Positions 25,377-34,059 of a stretch of DNA of 40,774 nucleotides are shown here, piece by piece (the first letter of the stretch is position 1; each line of letters opens with the position of its first letter). Where the stretch lies: IMG/VR virus record IMGVR_UViG_3300017903_002336, positions 1-40,774 of that record; one strand, given 5' to 3'. The stretch comes from a virus (taxonomy: Duplodnaviria > Caudoviricetes). The notes beneath the pieces are model-generated. The model searched no databases and was not told the DNA's origin. It worked only from the letters and a program-made list of their open reading frames with translations. The position numbers and the translations under genes are program-made.

Positions 25377-26573
25377 TTAGAGTTTGAATCCTGAGAAAGT
25401 ATCTTTTTTGACATCTTGTTTGATACCACCAACTACATACGATTCGACTTCTGTTTCTTGTGGAGCAACCTGAAGACCTTTGGATGAAATCCAGTGTTGT
25501 GTCCAAGGAAGTGGATTGTTCTTGGCAGAAATATCATATGTGGGTTTAAGACCAATTGCTTTAAGTCTACGATTGGCAACCCACTCAACATACTGTTTGA
25601 GTAGAGTGTCATTTAAACCAATCATACTACCATCACGGAAGAGATAGTCTGCCCATCTCTTCTCTTCATTTACGGCCTTGTCAAACATTGCATACAACCA
25701 CTCTTCCTCTTCTTTCCAAATCTGTAACATCTCTGGATCATCACCAGTTTTCCATTTGTTCAGAATATTCTGAGTGATTGCTAAGTGTTGATTTTCGTCT
25801 CGTGCGATGAGAGAGATGATCTTAGCTGATCCTTCCATAAGCTTAAGTTCACCAAAGGCGAAACTACAAGCAAAACTAACGTAGAAGCGAATACCCTCAA
25901 GAATGTTAACGTTGGCAACTGCTCTGAAGAGTTTACGTTTGACATCTTTGATTTCTTGTTGTGATACGGATGTGTCACGGAAGTCGGACTTCCACTGATT
26001 ACCTATACCCCACCCTTGTGCACTGTTAATAAAGTCATCGTAAGACTCAGTAACAGTCTTTGCACGTTCCAGAATCCTTTCATCAGTGATGATAGTGTCA
26101 AACACTTCAGAAGGATCTGAATAGATGTTCTTAATGATGTATGTGTATGAACGACTATGGATCATCTCCATAAATCCCCATACTTCCATACATGCTTCAA
26201 GTTCAGGAAGAGAACAATAAGGAATGAAAGCCATTCCTGGTCCTCTACCCTGAATAGAATCTAACATAATCTGATACTTCAGATTAGAAGTATAGATATG
26301 CTTTTGTTCTGGACGTAGTGATTGATAGTCACCACGATCTTTTTGAAGGGAGACCTCCTCAGGTCTCCAGAAATATCCTAATTGTTGAGTTGTGAGTTTT
26401 TCAAAGACGGGATACTTATATGAATCATATCTTTGAACTCCTAAAGGTTTACCAAAGAACATTGGTTGTTTCTTTGAGTTATGAACTTCAGGATTGAATA
26501 CAGTCATTCCTTTCACTTTACTCATTACATTATTATCATCTACTGACGATACCTTAAACTGCGCAAGACTCAC
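25377..26573 (-). CDS. nrdB: Class Ia ribonucleotide reductase beta subunit
   Basis: FWRPEE, EMIHSRSY, LEGIRFYVSF, RDENQH, APQETE; true start may be slightly downstream. Confidence 0.97.
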   Translation of the reverse strand: MSLAQFKVSSVDDNNVMSKVKGMTVFNPEVHNSKKQPMFFGKPLGVQRYDSYKYPVFEKLTTQQLGYFWRPEEVSLQKDRGDYQSLRPEQKHIYTSNLKYQIMLDSIQGRGPGMAFIPYCSLPELEACMEVWGFMEMIHSRSYTYIIKNIYSDPSEVFDTIITDERILERAKTVTESYDDFINSAQGWGIGNQWKSDFRDTSVSQQEIKDVKRKLFRAVANVNILEGIRFYVSFACSFAFGELKLMEGSAKIISLIARDENQHLAITQNILNKWKTGDDPEMLQIWKEEEEWLYAMFDKAVNEEKRWADYLFRDGSMIGLNDTLLKQYVEWVANRRLKAIGLKPTYDISAKNNPLPWTQHWISSKGLQVAPQETEVESYVVGGIKQDVKKDTFSGFKL

Positions 26574-28854
26574 ACTCTGCCTCCTCTGCTTGACTTAGTT
26601 CTTCCAATAAATTGTTCAAATCAGACTTCTCTTCCACCACTTCATCAGTCTTGATGTCGTAAGTGTTCTGATAATAAGAAGTCTTCCAACCATACTTATA
26701 TGTAGTCAAAAGGTCATTTGCCATTTGTGACACCGGTACCTCATTGTCAGGATAGTTCTCTGGATTATAACTCCAGTTACCAGAAATAGCCTGGTCAAAG
26801 AACTTTTGCATTACCGACACCACGTTGATATACCCCCCATTATTCTTCATTTCCCAGAGTAATGTGTAATTGTTTTTAAGTGTTTGATAAGACGGTACAA
26901 TCTGCTTAAGGGGTCCTTTCTTACTCTTCTTAATGGACAGATAGTCCCGAGGTGGTTCAATCCCATTTGTTGCGTTTGACACAACGGAACTGCTCTCTGA
27001 AGGCATTTGAGCGGACAATGTGCTGTGTCGTAATCCGTGAGCCAGAATCGACTCTCTAAGACCTTCCCAATCATGTTGAAGATTTTGTGAAGAAATCTCA
27101 TCAACATCCTTCTTGTAGGTGTCGATAGGAAGAATGCCCTCAGAGTACTTGGTCCTACCAAAATATTCGCAGTGTCCCTTCTCTTTAGCAATTTCATTGG
27201 AAGACTTGAGTAAGTAATACTGGAAAGATTCTGATAGACCGTGGACGGCGTCCCAAGCCTCCTGTGAGTCGTAGTTATAACCCAGTTTAGCGAGGTAGTG
27301 TGCAAGACCAATGAAACCCACCCCAAGGGACCTACGAGCCTTTGTAGCGACCTCAGCGACCCTGATAGGATACTCCTGGTAGTCAATCAACTCTTCCAGT
27401 CCACGAACCGACAGGTCACACAGATCCTCCAGTTCCTCATCAGATTTGATCTTACCAACATTGACTGCAGAAAGAATACATAAGGCAATCTCACCAGGCA
27501 TCTCTTCATCGATGTGATTGAGTGGTTCTGTCGGAAGAGTAATCTCCTGACAAAGGTTACTCATTGTCACACGATCCTTGAAAGATGAGTGTGAATTGCA
27601 ATGGTCAATATTCATAATGTAAACTCGACCTGTCTCTGCCCTCTCCTTTAGAAGGTCCAGAATAAGCTCCTGGGCACCAATTGCCTTTTGAGGAACATCA
27701 GGGTCACCCTCGTAAGCCCTGTATAGATCATCAAATCCATCAGTACCAAAAGCATCATACAATCCTGGAACATCGTGTGGTGAGAACAATGTGATGTGTT
27801 CGTTGTTGATGAATCGTTCATAGAACAATTTACTGAGTTGAATACTGTAGTCTAATTTACGAACACGATTATCTTCTGTTCCTTTATTATTCTTAAGAAC
27901 AATGATATCTTCTATTTCTTGGTGCCAGATAGGAAAGTGAACTGTAGCAGAACCACCTCTGATGCCGTTTTGTGTACAGCATCGTACAGTTGATTCAAAC
28001 TTTTTAAGGAAGGGGACAACACCTGTGTGTTGTACCTCTCCGCCTCGGATTTTAGAGTTGATCCCACGGATTCTACCTGCGTTAATACCGATACCAGCCC
28101 TCTGTGCGACGTACCTACCAATAGCCATATCGCTGCTAAAGATACTATCGAGGGAGTCATCAACATCAACGAGAACACAAGATGCAAATTGACGGAGTGG
28201 TGTCCGAACTCCCGCCATGATTGGTGTTGGAATGTTGATTCGGTGTTTGGAGATTGCGTCATAATACCTCTTGACATATGACAATCTTGTGTCCTTTGGA
28301 TATTCCTGGAAGATGGTCAATGCAATCATGATATACATGAACTGCGGAGTCTCATAGACCGTTCCAGAACTTCTATCCTGCACTAGATATTTATCCACAA
28401 CCTGTCTCAGTCCAGCATATGTAAACAAATAGTCACGATGATGATCAACAAAGGTCTCGGTCTTTTGAATCTCTTCAAGAGAATACTTAGTGAAGATTCC
28501 TTTATCGTATACACCTTCATAGGCCAGTTTCTGAATATGATCTACCAGTGAAGGGAGTTCATGCATCTTGCCAAACAACTGTTTCCTCACGGAGAACAGT
28601 AGGAGACGTGCTGCAACATACTGATAGTTTGGATGATCGAGATCAATCAGATCAGATGCACTCTTGATAAGGATCTCTTGGATTTCTTCAGTAGTAATAC
28701 CATCATAAAACTGAATACCAGAAGTCATCTCAACTTGACTTGCAGACACACCAGCAAGTCCTTTGACTGCCTCTTCAACCATCTTGTGCATCTTTTCCAA
28801 GTCCAGTTTTTCTACTGAACCATTTCTCTTAGTAACTTTCAATCCGTTGCTCAT
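26554..28854 (-). CDS. nrdA: Class Ia ribonucleotide reductase alpha subunit
   Basis: ATP cone, PTP, SCVL, SNLCQEI, TSYY, terminal CESC. Confidence 0.98.
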   Translation of the reverse strand: MSNGLKVTKRNGSVEKLDLEKMHKMVEEAVKGLAGVSASQVEMTSGIQFYDGITTEEIQEILIKSASDLIDLDHPNYQYVAARLLLFSVRKQLFGKMHELPSLVDHIQKLAYEGVYDKGIFTKYSLEEIQKTETFVDHHRDYLFTYAGLRQVVDKYLVQDRSSGTVYETPQFMYIMIALTIFQEYPKDTRLSYVKRYYDAISKHRINIPTPIMAGVRTPLRQFASCVLVDVDDSLDSIFSSDMAIGRYVAQRAGIGINAGRIRGINSKIRGGEVQHTGVVPFLKKFESTVRCCTQNGIRGGSATVHFPIWHQEIEDIIVLKNNKGTEDNRVRKLDYSIQLSKLFYERFINNEHITLFSPHDVPGLYDAFGTDGFDDLYRAYEGDPDVPQKAIGAQELILDLLKERAETGRVYIMNIDHCNSHSSFKDRVTMSNLCQEITLPTEPLNHIDEEMPGEIALCILSAVNVGKIKSDEELEDLCDLSVRGLEELIDYQEYPIRVAEVATKARRSLGVGFIGLAHYLAKLGYNYDSQEAWDAVHGLSESFQYYLLKSSNEIAKEKGHCEYFGRTKYSEGILPIDTYKKDVDEISSQNLQHDWEGLRESILAHGLRHSTLSAQMPSESSSVVSNATNGIEPPRDYLSIKKSKKGPLKQIVPSYQTLKNNYTLLWEMKNNGGYINVVSVMQKFFDQAISGNWSYNPENYPDNEVPVSQMANDLLTTYKYGWKTSYYQNTYDIKTDEVVEEKSDLNNLLEELSQAEEAECESCAV

Positions 28855-29843
28855 ATCTTTTTCCAGGTTGTGAATTTAAGTTTTGCTTGTAAACCTTGAT
28901 ATACATTTGATTCTACTATCTTTTGGACATCATGTCCAGATAGAACCATGTCATTTATGTCTTTATCTCGGATACCGAGAGGCCAGATGACAACTCGTTC
29001 TCCTTGTTCAATACATCGTTCAATACGATTAACAATCTCTTTATTGCGGGGTTCGTTATCGTATACAAAAACTTTAGTGCTTCCTTCAAGATCACGAATG
29101 TCACCGTCACTCCCACACAGAGCCACACTATTCCTGATAAAAGAGCTGTCGAAGGGTCCTTCGACCACAAAGACTGGTAATTCTTTATTGATTGTGTCAA
29201 GTCCATAAACTTTTGGTGCATCGTCATCAAACATGATGGTTAAGTATTTAATAGGGTTTGTGGAGATAGCTCTACCCTGAACACCGATAAGTTTTTTATT
29301 TCTCACAAGAGGAATAACAATCCTCTCTTCTCCATATTGAGTATTTGGAAATGTACCCTGTCTGATACTATTCACAAACTCCTGAAAATTTTCTGCATAG
29401 AAATATTTCCCCTCAAAGATTGCTCTTGTCTCCAGATAGTTTCTTGATACATCTACACTGAATGCATCTGGAAGATCAATGACAACATTTCTTTTGAATT
29501 TTGGTTTTGATGATTTCAATCGTCCAAAAATATCCTCTGGACTTTCTGTCTGAAAATTCTTTCCACTCTTTCCATCCTTAAATTTCTCAAACACATACTG
29601 TTTATGTGTTTCAGGATCTAAATCTTTGAGAAAACTACTAAATGAAATACTGATGCCACAGTTGTGACATTTGTAGTTTGTATTATTCTTTACCTGGTAA
29701 AGATAACCTCTTGCTTTATTCTTTTGTTTCTGACTGTCACCACAGATGGGACAACGGAAGTTATATAGATTTGCCTTTACCTTTTTGAATTTAGATAATC
29801 TTGAGGAAATCAGATTGATGTACTTTACATCAATAAAATCCAT
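28851..29843 (-). CDS. gp61: T4 gp61-like DNA primase
   Basis: RCPICGDS, CHNC, VEGPFDS, DNEPRN, KDINDM. Confidence 0.95.
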   Translation of the reverse strand: MDFIDVKYINLISSRLSKFKKVKANLYNFRCPICGDSQKQKNKARGYLYQVKNNTNYKCHNCGISISFSSFLKDLDPETHKQYVFEKFKDGKSGKNFQTESPEDIFGRLKSSKPKFKRNVVIDLPDAFSVDVSRNYLETRAIFEGKYFYAENFQEFVNSIRQGTFPNTQYGEERIVIPLVRNKKLIGVQGRAISTNPIKYLTIMFDDDAPKVYGLDTINKELPVFVVEGPFDSSFIRNSVALCGSDGDIRDLEGSTKVFVYDNEPRNKEIVNRIERCIEQGERVVIWPLGIRDKDINDMVLSGHDVQKIVESNVYQGLQAKLKFTTWKKI

Positions 29844-29844
29844 G

Positions 29845-30228
29845 TCACTTCCTATAACTCATACTTACTATAGGTAAGTTCGTCGGTATTGTCAAGAAAT
29901 TTGAAAGCTCTGGTAAGACTCTTAAAGTCATAGAGATGACAGCAAGACCACCAAGTGCCATCCAAACTCGTTTCTCTAGCGTACGTATTCTTTGCAATAC
30001 GAGGTCATGATCCCCGTCCATTTTATCACGGAGTTTGTCAATTTTAGTAAAGAGTATTGAGTCAGTTTCTTCTTGTTTCGATATACGTTCTTCATGTACT
30101 GCAAGCATTCTACTCACAGTAGTATTTACCTCAGATAATTTTTGAATTGCACTGTCAATTCGAAGGACTATCGGTTTCAAGTCCTCAAGTCTTTGTTCTA
30201 ATACTGCAACCTTAACTTCTGTTTCCAT
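29845..30228 (-). CDS. Coiled-coil protein with C-terminal TM helix
   Basis: LAVHEERI, LEKRVWMALGG. Confidence 0.8.
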   Translation of the reverse strand: METEVKVAVLEQRLEDLKPIVLRIDSAIQKLSEVNTTVSRMLAVHEERISKQEETDSILFTKIDKLRDKMDGDHDLVLQRIRTLEKRVWMALGGLAVISMTLRVLPELSNFLTIPTNLPIVSMSYRK

Positions 30229-30532
30229 TTTGAGGTTTAAAATAAGGATTGAAATCCAAAGCCTTCTTCATTGCCTTTCTCGTTTTTCTATCCTTTCTCT
30301 TCTGTTGTCTATCCATCAAATCTTTAATGGCTTTCTTCACAAATTTATTTCTACCATCCAATTTCATATTGGCGTCGTAACCAGCAGTAGGACCAGCAGC
30401 AGGGGAGGAATTAGAAAATCCGCCAGATCCCCCAGGAGGATTTGCCACCATGCCTTCCTCATTGACACTGAACTCATTATACATTGCTGAACGAAAAGCA
30501 TTTACAAACCTATCAATCTTATCTTTATCCAT
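30212..30532 (-). CDS. Hypothetical protein, Gly/Pro linker and basic tail
   Basis: Start set at MDKDK; VNEE possible protease site. Confidence 0.75.
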   Translation of the reverse strand: MDKDKIDRFVNAFRSAMYNEFSVNEEGMVANPPGGSGGFSNSSPAAGPTAGYDANMKLDGRNKFVKKAIKDLMDRQQKRKDRKTRKAMKKALDFNPYFKPQNGNRS

Positions 30533-30905
30533 TTGAAATCCCATTAAGTGCTTCTAAACATGTCCGATCCATCTCAATTTCATGAACATATGATCTTGGA
30601 TGATCTGGTAATTTATTCAAGAAAACCACAAAGGTCTTTATGGAAGACCATAAACTTTTATCAATTTTGTAGAACAACATGGGTGTTGTTGCTTCCCCAA
30701 AAACATTATAAAGAATAATAAAATGATTGATAATGAGATGTGCCTTTAAATCACCACCATTTTTATATCTCTTCAGGAGTCTTTTGATATATCTAAAACG
30801 ACTTAGATCTTTATCAAAATCCTCCTTTGTAACCGCCTGTGGATTTTCATAGTTTTTAATGGCAAATATGAGAAAGTTTTTCTCATTCAACTCATTAAAT
30901 AACAT
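30525..30905 (-). CDS. Hypothetical protein of T4-like phages
   Basis: Packed ORF; LIINHFIILYNVFG. Confidence 0.8.
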   Translation of the reverse strand: MLFNELNEKNFLIFAIKNYENPQAVTKEDFDKDLSRFRYIKRLLKRYKNGGDLKAHLIINHFIILYNVFGEATTPMLFYKIDKSLWSSIKTFVVFLNKLPDHPRSYVHEIEMDRTCLEALNGISNG

Positions 30906-30908
30906 TTA

Positions 30909-31421
30909 TCATTCAGCAGTTGGATAATCGATACCACCTGTTGTAATACCAGACATTGCAACAAGAGTTTCTTTCTTGACTCTTAAGTTACCGAGGTTAT
31001 CCAAGTAAGTTGTAACACCTACCCAACCTTCAGAAGTAACCAAGTATGCTGAGGACACACCTTCAGCATTTGCTACACCATATACAAGAGAATCAAAATC
31101 ACTATTAGTTTCACTGAAGTGATTATCCTGTACACTTGACTTAGGAAGTTGAGATACGGTGAAATCAACACCAGAAATGGCAGAACCATCCAGACCCATG
31201 GTAGAAGCAATGGTGACTGAAACTGTACTTGCAACACTTGCAATCACAGCATCACCATAGTAAGTACCACCTCTGGTTCCAAAACGAATTACATCACCTT
31301 CTAAACCACCTTGACCGTCAACACCAAATGAAGTACCTGAACCAGTTACGACTCTAGTAGAATAGTCTAGGGATACTGTTCCTGTTGACGCCACATTGTC
31401 GTTATTTCCCCAAAGTGCCAT
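30909..31421 (-). CDS. Probable virion structural protein (MALWG...)
   Basis: Late promoter upstream; VTGSGTSF beta-rich; GWVG...RVKKETLVAM. Confidence 0.75.
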   Translation of the reverse strand: MALWGNNDNVASTGTVSLDYSTRVVTGSGTSFGVDGQGGLEGDVIRFGTRGGTYYGDAVIASVASTVSVTIASTMGLDGSAISGVDFTVSQLPKSSVQDNHFSETNSDFDSLVYGVANAEGVSSAYLVTSEGWVGVTTYLDNLGNLRVKKETLVAMSGITTGGIDYPTAE

Positions 31422-31455
31422 GTCTTGTGCCCTTGTAAAGTTACTTTCTTTCAAA

Positions 31456-31463
31456 TATTTATA
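31456..31463 (-). promoter_or_regulatory. T4 late promoter TATAAATA
   Basis: Exact consensus directly after terminator. Confidence 0.85.
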
Positions 31464-31491
31464 AAAAAATAGGAGACGGTTAGTCTCCTAT
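31463..31491 (-). terminator. Rho-independent terminator
   Basis: ATAGGAGAC-5nt-GTCTCCTAT then T-run. Confidence 0.88.
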
Positions 31492-31494
31492 GTA

Positions 31495-31695
31495 TCACTC
31501 TTCTCTTGCCTTAATTGCACCTTTTACAACCTCAAGGAGTTGATCATCCATCTCGGTTTTAGTTAATGCTACTGCCTTACCTAGAATTAAAAGACAAATT
31601 TCAATGAGCTTCTCACCAAGTTCCTCATTATTAGGAATCTTATCAACTGCATCCGAAATGATCTTTGCTGCCAGAGGAAGAAGGAATGATAGCAT
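31495..31695 (-). CDS. Small helical hypothetical protein
   Basis: Packed ORF ending at terminator. Confidence 0.75.
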   Translation of the reverse strand: MLSFLLPLAAKIISDAVDKIPNNEELGEKLIEICLLILGKAVALTKTEMDDQLLEVVKGAIKAREE

Positions 31696-31710
31696 GGTGA
31701 ATACCTATTA

Positions 31711-31917
31711 CTATCTTATATATTCAATAAACTCCTTATATGTCTTTTTCTTCTCAGGTAAATCTTTATGTTTTGTTGATGCAAAATCTTTAGCATCTTT
31801 TTTATTCATTGATGCTGCTGCCTTCGCAACCTCAGGAGAAGGTGCCGACATCTCACCTTTCTTTACGGCATGGACCATGCCCATAAATCTTTGTTGTGCT
31901 TTAGATACTGCAGGCAT
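31711..31917 (-). CDS. Small basic protein (DUF3008-like)
   Basis: MPAVSKAQQRFMG...DFAST.HK.LP; C-terminal KTYKEFIE. Confidence 0.75.
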   Translation of the reverse strand: MPAVSKAQQRFMGMVHAVKKGEMSAPSPEVAKAAASMNKKDAKDFASTKHKDLPEKKKTYKEFIEYIR

Positions 31918-32507
31918 CAGTCGTTCTTCTTATCGTAGCGCTTGGGGTCATAGTCTTTACGAGCGTGCTCCTTAGACCAGTGCTGACGCTTGGGTTGATT
32001 CTTAGTGTCAATCAGAGCACCCTTAGCACGAAGACTCTTCTTGACCAGTTCCAGAGCTTCGTCCTTTTCCTCAGTGCGGAACTTAGTGTTAGGTTTGCGG
32101 GAGAACTTCATCGCAGCGTCACGAAACTCTCTCGTACTTTCGTATCCGGTAGGCTTAGCACCGGGCTTGATAGAAGAACGACGACCCAGACCCTTGCGCT
32201 CAGAACTCTGACTCAGTTTGCCTTTCTTGCCATACTGATTCTTGAAAGCACCTTCTTCGAGTGCTTCTTCTTTAATCTTTTCTGTTTCTTGAATATCAAG
32301 AACAGTTCCACCAATCTCTTTGAAGACCTCATTGGCTTCAGCCATTGTAGGATTAATGACAACTTTATTATTAACGTTATCGGTTTCCTTTACTTCTCTT
32401 CTAGGAGTTTTAGGTGTCTTAGGTTCTATTGGGGGAACATCCACTACCTCACGAAGATCCTCTCTCCAATTAGAATAGTTAACTTCTCTTTTCATCCTAT
32501 TAGACAC
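31917..32507 (-). CDS. Probable internal head protein, modular
   Basis: Charged low-complexity segments separated by LRE, MAE, IQE, LEE. Confidence 0.7.
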   Translation of the reverse strand: MSNRMKREVNYSNWREDLREVVDVPPIEPKTPKTPRREVKETDNVNNKVVINPTMAEANEVFKEIGGTVLDIQETEKIKEEALEEGAFKNQYGKKGKLSQSSERKGLGRRSSIKPGAKPTGYESTREFRDAAMKFSRKPNTKFRTEEKDEALELVKKSLRAKGALIDTKNQPKRQHWSKEHARKDYDPKRYDKKND

Positions 32508-33786
32508 GATTTCTCTTGTACCTATTTATGAATTCCTTGATATTTGACTTGGGTCCTTTGTAAGCTTTACCACCTGGTTGTAAGTTCTCTCCACCCCTTT
32601 CATGTCCTGGTGTAAGATCAGTTGCATACTTAAAGTAACCTGTGGTTCCTGATAAAGTATTTGGATTTTTAGAAGTTCTCATCTTACGATCCATTTTAAC
32701 TTCAGTGTATTCACACAAATCACGGATCCAGGACTTGAACATCATATCATTCTCTGTCACACAGATCAAATAGTTGGTTCCTCTACGAACAATTCTACCA
32801 ACCAAACCGGTGTTAAGATTTTGTACTCTCTCATTAATTTTAAAAATATTTCCCTTCACATAATTCTCTCTCAGATTCTTCCAATCAAACTTAGGAGCAA
32901 TCTGCCAGAGTGACCAACCCTCATCTATATTCATTCCCTTACGAACAGTATTCATGATTGTCTTTGCAGTTGCATCATCAATGTTATCAGGAATACCAGA
33001 TCTGAATGTTTGGAAGTCACCTTCTGCAGCAGCCTTTCTCATCTTTGAAGCGGACATACCAGTCACACCTTCTGAGTCATCATCTCTCTGACCTGCGGAG
33101 ATGGTTTCAATCTCTTCAAAATCATAAAGATCACCATTATATTTTTGAGCCAAACTATCAAATTCAGATACTCTATCAGATCCAACAACGATCTTTACAT
33201 TTGAATATCCATCTTGATCTGCAATCTTCAAGGCATCAAAGATAGTCCTTACACTTTCATCATTGATAATACTTTCCTCATGATCAGGAAACATTTTTCT
33301 CATCAGTTCAATCTTTTGACCTGGTTCTAATGGATTCTTCTTTGGATCATTAGATCTTGATGGATATACTTTCATATCTCCACCACCAGAAACTTGTGCA
33401 GCAGAATCAAGAAGTTTCTTATGTCCAATAGTTGGTGGATTAAATCTACCAAATACCAGTGTCAAAGTCTGACCTTCTTTACTTTGACCTGTACCTTCTT
33501 CTTCTGAACCACCTCTTTCTCTTGAACTCCCAACATCTGAAGACTTAGAGGCTTTACCTACCTGTTGATCTGGTGTTTTGTATTGTGGTGTTTTACCAGA
33601 GGGTTGACCTCTCTCGGGATCACTTTTATCATAATAAACAAATTGTCCACCTTCAGTTTTACCTACCTTATTACCAGCTCTATCTACCCAATTTCCCTGT
33701 CCATCACCAGTCAGTCCAAGTTGTCTTGCACGAGCAGAAGCCTTGGTCTGTCTTGCTTCAGAAAAAAAGTTGAGGAAACTCTTCAT
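32500..33786 (-). CDS. Cytidyltransferase-like nucleotidyltransferase with N-terminal leader module
   Basis: FGRFNPPTIGH (HxGH-type), VVGSDR, MSASKMR; leader MKSFLNFFSEA. Confidence 0.88.
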   Translation of the reverse strand: MKSFLNFFSEARQTKASARARQLGLTGDGQGNWVDRAGNKVGKTEGGQFVYYDKSDPERGQPSGKTPQYKTPDQQVGKASKSSDVGSSRERGGSEEEGTGQSKEGQTLTLVFGRFNPPTIGHKKLLDSAAQVSGGGDMKVYPSRSNDPKKNPLEPGQKIELMRKMFPDHEESIINDESVRTIFDALKIADQDGYSNVKIVVGSDRVSEFDSLAQKYNGDLYDFEEIETISAGQRDDDSEGVTGMSASKMRKAAAEGDFQTFRSGIPDNIDDATAKTIMNTVRKGMNIDEGWSLWQIAPKFDWKNLRENYVKGNIFKINERVQNLNTGLVGRIVRRGTNYLICVTENDMMFKSWIRDLCEYTEVKMDRKMRTSKNPNTLSGTTGYFKYATDLTPGHERGGENLQPGGKAYKGPKSNIKEFINRYKRNRV

Positions 33787-33813
33787 TTCTATCAATATCC
33801 TATATTGTATTTA

Positions 33814-34059
33814 TTATGACAGGGGATCACGAAGAGCTCTTCTCAAAGACTCCATAACCTCTCTTCCCTTCTTTTTCTCTTTATTCTCCACAACCTTTTC
33901 CTTAATAAAGGAGAACAACATATCTTCATTCATCTCAAACTGTTCAACATACATCATGATTTCATCAAACGACATACCAACATCATCAGCATCAATCATC
34001 AATCTTTGATAGATGTCTTGTAGAATACCTATTAGGTTTTCAGAATCTATATTATTCAT
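33814..34059 (-). CDS. Hypothetical protein
   Basis: ATGA overlap with the 855-aa gene. Confidence 0.75.
   Translation of the reverse strand: MNNIDSENLIGILQDIYQRLMIDADDVGMSFDEIMMYVEQFEMNEDMLFSFIKEKVVENKEKKKGREVMESLRRALRDPLS

Noticed and set aside
26847-28281. Alternative-frame ORFs within nrdA
   Set aside because: Fully nested in a conserved gene, no motifs
25377-28854. Introns or inteins in nrdA/nrdB
   Set aside because: Both ORFs are continuous and of normal length
31965-32531. 188-aa plus-strand ORF
   Set aside because: Antisense to a Lys/Glu-rich gene; Phe/Leu richness is the mirror of that bias
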